Shown one piece after another: positions 58,021 through 64,000 of a stretch of 64,000 bases of DNA. Positions within the stretch are counted from its first letter, which is position 1; every line of letters starts with the position of its first letter. Under the pieces are notes generated by a model. It was not told the origin of the DNA. It saw only the letters and a program-made list of their open reading frames with translations, and made no database searches. The translations under genes were made by a program, and so were the position numbers. The stretch is from positions 1 through 64,000 of IMG/VR virus record IMGVR_UViG_3300009508_000011; one strand, given 5' to 3'.

Positions 58021-58509
58021 GTTGTAGTTCTCTAACCACATATTTATCGGGGTAAGACTAGCCACCGTAAATGGTTCATATTTATCACTATAGTCTCTCT
58101 CCACAGTGAAGTAATCAATCTCGGTTAAGATACCATCGAAGGTAGCACCAGAAACACCGATGGAATAATCCACATCTTCAAGTATTCCTATCCTAGGGTT
58201 ATAACCTAATACCTCACCAATTAACATCATCTCCCCTGAGTCTGCACATCTACTAATTGATAAATTATTAACGTAACAGAAGGTAAGTTCATCAGTTGGG
58301 GTAGTACGGCAATGTACACCTATAGAATCTGCACTGAAGTCCGTAATGGTAGGTTCACCTGACACTAACCTAAAGAAGCTTCTACACTTTATATTTCTAA
58401 ATAGTACATCGTAACCATTGGGGTATAGTTCTTTTTCTAGAGTAAGAAGTTTAACATACCACTTACCTAGTAAACTATGTCCTTTATTTATTGTTCTAAA
58501 ATTAGACAC
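58018..58509 (-). CDS. Accessory hypothetical protein
   Basis: 163 aa; AAGGGG RBS. Confidence 0.75.
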   Translation of the reverse strand: MSNFRTINKGHSLLGKWYVKLLTLEKELYPNGYDVLFRNIKCRSFFRLVSGEPTITDFSADSIGVHCRTTPTDELTFCYVNNLSISRCADSGEMMLIGEVLGYNPRIGILEDVDYSIGVSGATFDGILTEIDYFTVERDYSDKYEPFTVASLTPINMWLENYN

Positions 58510-58580
58510 TTCAATTCCCCTTTAAGCAAAAAAATAATGGGGACGAGAATCCCCAATATTGTTCCCTTTTTTAGAGGGTC

Positions 58581-59048
58581 TTACTTAAGATTCCAAAACA
58601 CTCTCGATTGACCGTTGGTAGAACGACGAGCTGCCTGAGCATCTTTCTTAAGTCTACCTTTACTTGGTCTATTCTTCTTATCTGCTTTAACAGCACGAGG
58701 ATTAACACAAGCTGGATAGACATCCATTTCTTTCAGGTACATGGTATCACGCCCAAACTCTTTATAAGCCTCGTTACCAATGAGACCTGTATGAAGATGT
58801 TCGAGATTACCCACCTCGTTTATAAAGAACTCACCGTGCGGTAGGAATTTACGTTCAAACTTCCCATGCCACTCACCATTAAACTCTTTATGTTTCTCAC
58901 CAGATGGGTATTCCGTAGGAGCACATGCGCTACACTTAGCGATGCCTAAATCTTCAGGCTTATTCATGGACTCCATATTTTTACAATGATACCAGCCAAG
59001 GGCTGTATTTTCACTACAGCCACATACTTGACATTGGTATATACTCAT
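58581..59048 (-). CDS. Cys-rich (CxxC x2) hypothetical phage protein
   Basis: CQVCGCSENT...CSAC...GEWHGKF. Confidence 0.75.
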   Translation of the reverse strand: MSIYQCQVCGCSENTALGWYHCKNMESMNKPEDLGIAKCSACAPTEYPSGEKHKEFNGEWHGKFERKFLPHGEFFINEVGNLEHLHTGLIGNEAYKEFGRDTMYLKEMDVYPACVNPRAVKADKKNRPSKGRLKKDAQAARRSTNGQSRVFWNLK

Positions 59049-59051
59049 TCT

Positions 59052-59741
59052 TTAAAATGGTATATCTTTATCGAATCCATCATTACCACCAGATGGAGCA
59101 GGTTTACTGTAACTATTGTTATTATTGTTGTTGCTGTAGTTGTTACCACCACCCTGACCGCCGTGTTGACCACGTGGTGCAGGTTCTTTGTAAATAGCAG
59201 TAGCAACGTTAGCAAGCAACTCACCAACATGGTTAAAGTAACCACGAGTAAATAACTTAGATTCGAAATCTTTAGGTACAGGTTGACCTTCAGCATCGGT
59301 TAAGTTATGGAAGAATGGGGACTGCATGTAGAAAATCGCTTTAGGGCGGTCTTTAGCAACCAATGAGATGTAGATACGACCATCTTCAGCTTTACCGATT
59401 ACGGTCTTGGAAATTTCTACAGGTGTATCAGAACGCTTACCGCCAGGCCATAAGTAGTTCTTGTTAGAAATGTAATAGCGACAAGGACCTGCATGGTTAA
59501 CAACTTCTTCGCTAAGTTCAAGTAATGCACGTGCTGTACGGATATCCATAGCTGCACGGATTAAACCATTATCTTTATCACCTTCAACGCCAGTATAGAC
59601 ATCGATACGTGGATTGCCATCTTCAGTAAGATAGAATAGGAAAGAAGGTGCTTGTTTAGCTCCGTCAATCTTCTCGCCATACATACGAAGTTTCTGATGG
59701 TCCAAAGCGGTTTTGGTACGCTTTTTAAATTGTTGTGACAT
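59052..59741 (-). CDS. chmC: ChmC-like nucleus-associated nucleic-acid-binding protein (gp67-like) with SSB-like C-terminal tip
   Basis: 229 aa upstream of the gp68-like gene; G/N-rich linker ending FDKDIPF; assigned by synteny. Confidence 0.65.
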   Translation of the reverse strand: MSQQFKKRTKTALDHQKLRMYGEKIDGAKQAPSFLFYLTEDGNPRIDVYTGVEGDKDNGLIRAAMDIRTARALLELSEEVVNHAGPCRYYISNKNYLWPGGKRSDTPVEISKTVIGKAEDGRIYISLVAKDRPKAIFYMQSPFFHNLTDAEGQPVPKDFESKLFTRGYFNHVGELLANVATAIYKEPAPRGQHGGQGGGNNYSNNNNNNSYSKPAPSGGNDGFDKDIPF

Positions 59742-59773
59742 CGTTTAAATTCCTTACTAGGTTCTTATCAATA

Positions 59774-59796
59774 AATAGGAGAGCAGTGTAATTTTT
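59774..59796 (-). promoter_or_regulatory. Middle-type promoter (AAAATTACAC)
   Basis: Minus strand GAAAAATTACAC; similar AAATTTACAC near 63510 and AAATTTTACA near 5360. Confidence 0.45.
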
Positions 59797-59883
59797 CACC
59801 GTAATGCTAACTTATTCGTTTTGTTAATGAGTCAAGGCGACTACTATATAATCGCCTCAGTGTGTACTTTTTATACTAAGAAG

Positions 59884-60699
59884 TTATCTTGGTTTACTAC
59901 GTAACATTTCCCTAAGTAGGTCAGCTCCCAATTTATCAGTGAGCTTACTTAAGTCAGATTCAATCTTTGGTTTAGTAGTTATCGGAGACCATTTACGCTC
60001 CTTGGCCAATGTTATTAACTCAGTTTTAAGTTTACGTGGGTAGGCTGCAAAGCTTTCCCCGTCCCCAAATATCTGTAAAGTCATTGCGTTGAATGGCATA
60101 AGCTCCGTATCCTTACCAGACAGTTTACTGTTCCAGTAAGTTTTGTTTTTGACTTTGCCTGTATGCGATTCTAATAATTTACAAGATGGGAAACTATATT
60201 CTGATAATAAATCAATTGGTTGGTGTGTTAATAATAGTACGGGTCTATCTTCCCCGATTAACTTTATGTCAAAGATTTTAACCATCTCACCAAGTGCACC
60301 TACTACTTCTAATAGGGTTTCGTTGGTAAGCTGTAGTTCGTGTTTCTGCTTTGCTGTTTTATGACCTTTAGGCAATGCATGTTTGAAACACTTAGCCAAA
60401 CTTTTCTTCTCGGTGACATAATATACGACACGACGAGAATCATGACTCGCTTGTTGTATTATATCTCCAAGTAGTTGTACTTCTTCTAAGATAACAGGAG
60501 CGACATCCATAGGACTAATAGATATCTTCTCATCTGTCGACAAACAATTAAGGCAGTTACGAACTAGAGTACGTAGGTTAATCCAAATATCTCCAGACTC
60601 GCCACCTTCTTTTAAAACCACTTCCTCAATTGGGATAGCGGTAGGTACAGATACCGGGACTTGCTGTCCCAGTTCTCTGTTTAATAGTGCTGTATTCAT
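59884..60699 (-). CDS. Conserved core hypothetical protein (gp66-like)
   Basis: 271 aa; WINLRTLVRN and LLESHTG motifs; synteny. Confidence 0.7.
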   Translation of the reverse strand: MNTALLNRELGQQVPVSVPTAIPIEEVVLKEGGESGDIWINLRTLVRNCLNCLSTDEKISISPMDVAPVILEEVQLLGDIIQQASHDSRRVVYYVTEKKSLAKCFKHALPKGHKTAKQKHELQLTNETLLEVVGALGEMVKIFDIKLIGEDRPVLLLTHQPIDLLSEYSFPSCKLLESHTGKVKNKTYWNSKLSGKDTELMPFNAMTLQIFGDGESFAAYPRKLKTELITLAKERKWSPITTKPKIESDLSKLTDKLGADLLREMLRSKPR

Positions 60700-60701
60700 A
60701 A

Positions 60702-61847
60702 TTACAATACTCCGTCAAGGAGACTTAACATCTCCTGTCTCTTAGGTGCATCTATATGTTCAAGACGACCCTCAAGTAAACGTTTGACAGATTCTTTAGT
60801 AATGTCTACGGTTTGATACTTAGTGACTAATTCCATCTTAGAATCATTAACCATATCCTCAGCCGCCTCACGATTAATTGTCCACTTCATGGTTTCCCAC
60901 ATCATTTCCAATTCACGTTTAGCAGTAGCTACTTCCGAACCAGCTCTTGCAATTATTCTGACATGTGAACCACCACGTAACTTCTCAAGACGTTCCTTTA
61001 AAACATCTAATGTGTCCGCTAGTGATAAGTCCAAACAATTTACCGTAATAAACTTAGTAGCCAAGTCATTTTCAACAAAGATGATATCATTAGGGGCATC
61101 TGCGTGTATCTTAACACGGTAATGTCCCTTAGCACCCTCTTCACCATGACACAATCTATCGAACGAACCATTTACTAAAACCATGGAATCGTATTTAGAT
61201 AGCTTATGTGAGCGTTGAGTGTGATGATGACCTATGTCGATAAAGTATTCTGTTATACCTAGGTATCTATCGGAAAGGTGATGTGAAATGTTTATGTGCT
61301 GTGGTATTTGAAATTCAAACAAACCGTGCATTACACTGAAGTCAACTTTCTTTAGACCTTGGTCATGTAACAGACCTTTAACCTGCTTCCAAGTATCGTT
61401 AGGGTCATGTTCCCATTCATCTGGTACATAGAGTACATTTATATCTAAAGACTCTATATATTCGATTGAGAGGTTCTCAACCCATCTGAAATCACATCTG
61501 GATTCCAGTAGCTCATGTATCTGTGTAAACATACAACCCTGCTTCCAGTCATGAGAGGGTGTCCCCTCAAGTAGACGCAAAACGATGTTATGTTTTTCAC
61601 ATAGTTGTAAAAGGTAGCGAATGAATATCTGAATCTCACCCACACCATTAAACGATAGATACAAGTTACGGTCGAAGAAGTCCCCAGCAATAAAGATTAC
61701 ATCTAATTCAGAAGTTTCTTTGTTGTTAGGGAATGCCTTATAAAGACCTTCAACGATGTTTACAGTTGGTACTCTAGGGTGACCAACATGAATGTCAGAA
61801 ATAAAAGCAGCGTTTAATTCACCGCGTTTAAGTCTTTTAGAAATCAA
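60702..61847 (-). CDS. sbcD: SbcD/Mre11-like metallophosphoesterase nuclease (gp65-like)
   Basis: SDIHVGH, AGDFFDR, EGTPSHD, MHG, GHHH, NGSFDR. Confidence 0.88.
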   Translation of the reverse strand: MISKRLKRGELNAAFISDIHVGHPRVPTVNIVEGLYKAFPNNKETSELDVIFIAGDFFDRNLYLSFNGVGEIQIFIRYLLQLCEKHNIVLRLLEGTPSHDWKQGCMFTQIHELLESRCDFRWVENLSIEYIESLDINVLYVPDEWEHDPNDTWKQVKGLLHDQGLKKVDFSVMHGLFEFQIPQHINISHHLSDRYLGITEYFIDIGHHHTQRSHKLSKYDSMVLVNGSFDRLCHGEEGAKGHYRVKIHADAPNDIIFVENDLATKFITVNCLDLSLADTLDVLKERLEKLRGGSHVRIIARAGSEVATAKRELEMMWETMKWTINREAAEDMVNDSKMELVTKYQTVDITKESVKRLLEGRLEHIDAPKRQEMLSLLDGVL

Positions 61848-62402
61848 TTACATTTCCTCAAAATCATCTTCATCCAATTGTGGTTGTGGAGCATCAGCCT
61901 TTATCTCACCAGCGGCTTTTACATTACCTATTGGTGGATATCCGTAATATTCAAGAATGGCATTCCATTGACGTATCTCATCAATATTTACACCTTCTTT
62001 AACCACCTTACTACCAAGGTTATCTACCAAGTACTTAACACCTAAACTTGGATGTCTATCTTGGTACTGCCTGGCTTCATTGGCTATTGTATTAGCACTT
62101 ACACGTGAGTCGACGTTAATAAGCGTTGGATGACGTTTAACCAAAGGTGGAACAATAAAGATAACCTCATTGTTCTTAATCACATTAACTGATTCGTAAG
62201 CTGTGCCCGAAATATCTAACCATGGAGATAGGTCGACATTCTTTTCCGTAGATACAAACATAGGTAAGTATTTACTACGGAATTCTGATTCAGGGATAGC
62301 TCTAACTATATTATCAGTCATTTCTGAGATACTCAACATTGCATCGACTAATTCGCTAGGCATTGTCATCTCATTTGTTTCGTAATCGTCTCTATCTGAC
62401 AT
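61848..62402 (-). CDS. Conserved hypothetical protein (gp64-like)
   Basis: 184 aa; IPESEFRSKYLPMF and FIVPPL motifs. Confidence 0.7.
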   Translation of the reverse strand: MSDRDDYETNEMTMPSELVDAMLSISEMTDNIVRAIPESEFRSKYLPMFVSTEKNVDLSPWLDISGTAYESVNVIKNNEVIFIVPPLVKRHPTLINVDSRVSANTIANEARQYQDRHPSLGVKYLVDNLGSKVVKEGVNIDEIRQWNAILEYYGYPPIGNVKAAGEIKADAPQPQLDEDDFEEM

Positions 62403-62808
62403 CTACTGGTTCCCCATTATTAAGTTGGTCAACAACCGTCTCCAAGGAAGAGTTACGTACAGTTAATAGATACTGCATGTCTGCCTTAGAACCATCATTG
62501 ATGACCATACCACGAACAACTATGTTTAGTTGTGAACCTTCTTCCTTTATAGTAACGTTAATATCCACTGAGTCAAATTGCTTAGCCAGATATTCATCTA
62601 GTAGTTTTTGCATAGAACTTTGTAGTTGTACTAGATTGTTATTATATTCGGAGATGACCCACTGAATACTGGTTATCTTTTCAGAAAAGGTAACCGATTG
62701 AGAGAAATCACTTGAGAACGCATAGGCCATAGCAGCATCTAAGCGCTCTGGTACGTCCTCGTTATGTAGCCAACCCTTAGGTGACAGTTTAGGTATCGTT
62801 CTTTCCAT
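62392..62808 (-). CDS. Conserved virion protein (gp63-like; possible gp25-type sheath initiator)
   Basis: 138 aa; IPKLSPKGW...SDFSQS pattern. Confidence 0.55.
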   Translation of the reverse strand: MERTIPKLSPKGWLHNEDVPERLDAAMAYAFSSDFSQSVTFSEKITSIQWVISEYNNNLVQLQSSMQKLLDEYLAKQFDSVDINVTIKEEGSQLNIVVRGMVINDGSKADMQYLLTVRNSSLETVVDQLNNGEPVDVR

Positions 62809-62856
62809 TCTGGAATGACTCCATTACAAAAAAGAAAGGGCGAACCCTTTCCTCAA

Positions 62857-63462
62857 TTATAGTCTGTCGTTAAGACGAGACGTTGTGTCTTCACGACCGC
62901 GCTTCATCAACATACGTTGAGTTTGCCACGCTGCTTCAATGTCTACTTGCTGTTGGAAAGTTAAAACATCCTCATCAGCTGTGTATGATTCGAAGTAACT
63001 TGTACAACCACCACCATCTTCGTCTTCTATAAAGATTCCGTCAGTGACACGTCGATAATCGTAATGGTCTTCACCAATACGGTCAGGTTCCCAATCATCA
63101 TACTTATCAGAATAACCATCACATAGTTGGTCATTTCTCATTTGTCGTATAACTGGGTCAGCCATTAGCCAACGTTGCATAGTAGTTTTAGCTTGCTGTA
63201 GCCCGCCTAAATCACCAATATACTTAATGTCGTCTGTATCCCACATATGTCGGAACTTACGAGCTAAAGCTTCGGTGCGTCGGAATGCTTCATCACTTGT
63301 GGCACGTTCAACCATTTCTTTCTTTTCTTCGAAAAAGGTTCGTCCCATGTCGGTTAGGTTTTCCCAACCGCGAGAGAACTGTTCTTTGACATAGTCAACG
63401 GTTCCCTGATGTGGCATACCATAGACGGCAGCATCAAAAACGTCTAGCGAATCTATCTGCAT
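62857..63462 (-). CDS. Conserved hypothetical protein (gp62-like)
   Basis: 201 aa; QRWLMADP...LCDGYS...HYDYRRVTDG. Confidence 0.7.
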   Translation of the reverse strand: MQIDSLDVFDAAVYGMPHQGTVDYVKEQFSRGWENLTDMGRTFFEEKKEMVERATSDEAFRRTEALARKFRHMWDTDDIKYIGDLGGLQQAKTTMQRWLMADPVIRQMRNDQLCDGYSDKYDDWEPDRIGEDHYDYRRVTDGIFIEDEDGGGCTSYFESYTADEDVLTFQQQVDIEAAWQTQRMLMKRGREDTTSRLNDRL

Positions 63463-63520
63463 TCTAGTATCCTTTTATTGATTAAGCCTACCTATAAAGA
63501 TAGGCACTAGTGTAAATTTA

Positions 63521-63958
63521 CTATTTGGTTTTACTTTCTTTCTCTACTTCATCAAAGAACATATCCAATTCTTCCAGACGACGTTCAACGTCATCGTTCA
63601 GATGTGACATAAATTCTTTATTGAAGTGTTGCAGTGGTACAAAGATAATACTACGATGTACCTTTACGATATCATCACCCCACTCACCTTCTAAGTCGTC
63701 AGGTAAGTCACCAGGATAATATATGCCTATACGAGCTTTCATTCGTTCTTTTACGAACTCCATAGTCTCTTTATCTAGGCGGTAGTCACCCTGCTCAATT
63801 GAACATTCTGGATTATACAGCTCTATGTTCTCATTGTAACATAAAGAGTATACCTTAAGTTCATCCTCACTCATTGAACGTGGTGGGCGATGTAGAAAGA
63901 ATGGATTGTTAGGTAGTTGGTCACGTACAGATATAAAATTAGCACCTGCCATTTCCAA
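63521..63958 (-). CDS. Hypothetical protein
   Basis: 145-aa ORF; start may differ. Confidence 0.65.
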   Translation of the reverse strand: MEMAGANFISVRDQLPNNPFFLHRPPRSMSEDELKVYSLCYNENIELYNPECSIEQGDYRLDKETMEFVKERMKARIGIYYPGDLPDDLEGEWGDDIVKVHRSIIFVPLQHFNKEFMSHLNDDVERRLEELDMFFDEVEKESKTK

Positions 63959-64000
63959 CTCTTCTTTCTGTACATTAGTTTCTAGATTAGGGTAGTCGAA

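Overview
This window is about 64 kb of an AT-rich phiKZ-like jumbo phage genome, most likely a nucleus-forming chimallivirus. Gene order follows the phiKZ core block from about gp129 back to gp62. It includes the portal C-terminus, nvRNAP subunits (gp123, gp74, gp71-73, gp68-like), the major capsid protein, a DnaB helicase, inner-body/head paralogues, baseplate proteins, the split family-B DNA polymerase half, a vRNAP beta'-middle subunit, an SF2 helicase, the PicA/ChmC/Nlp nucleus-associated cluster and an SbcD/Mre11 nuclease. Short accessory genes sit between core blocks. Orthologue names come from motifs I recognise plus recalled synteny; no database search was run. Main leads: (1) a probable -1 frameshift (U UUU UUU) fusing a 485-aa baseplate/tail-assembly-like gene to a downstream ORF with no good start; (2) a 46-bp promoter/stem-loop cassette in three copies, two of which drive paralogous small genes 20 kb apart; (3) a phage Dam-family MTase with a broken catalytic motif in a genome where I found no GATC; (4) G/N/Q-rich, FG-containing and SSB-tip-like tails on nucleus-associated proteins; (5) a TTATGCCGT motif welded to terminator hairpins. 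No tRNA, rRNA, CRISPR array, intron or intein was seen.
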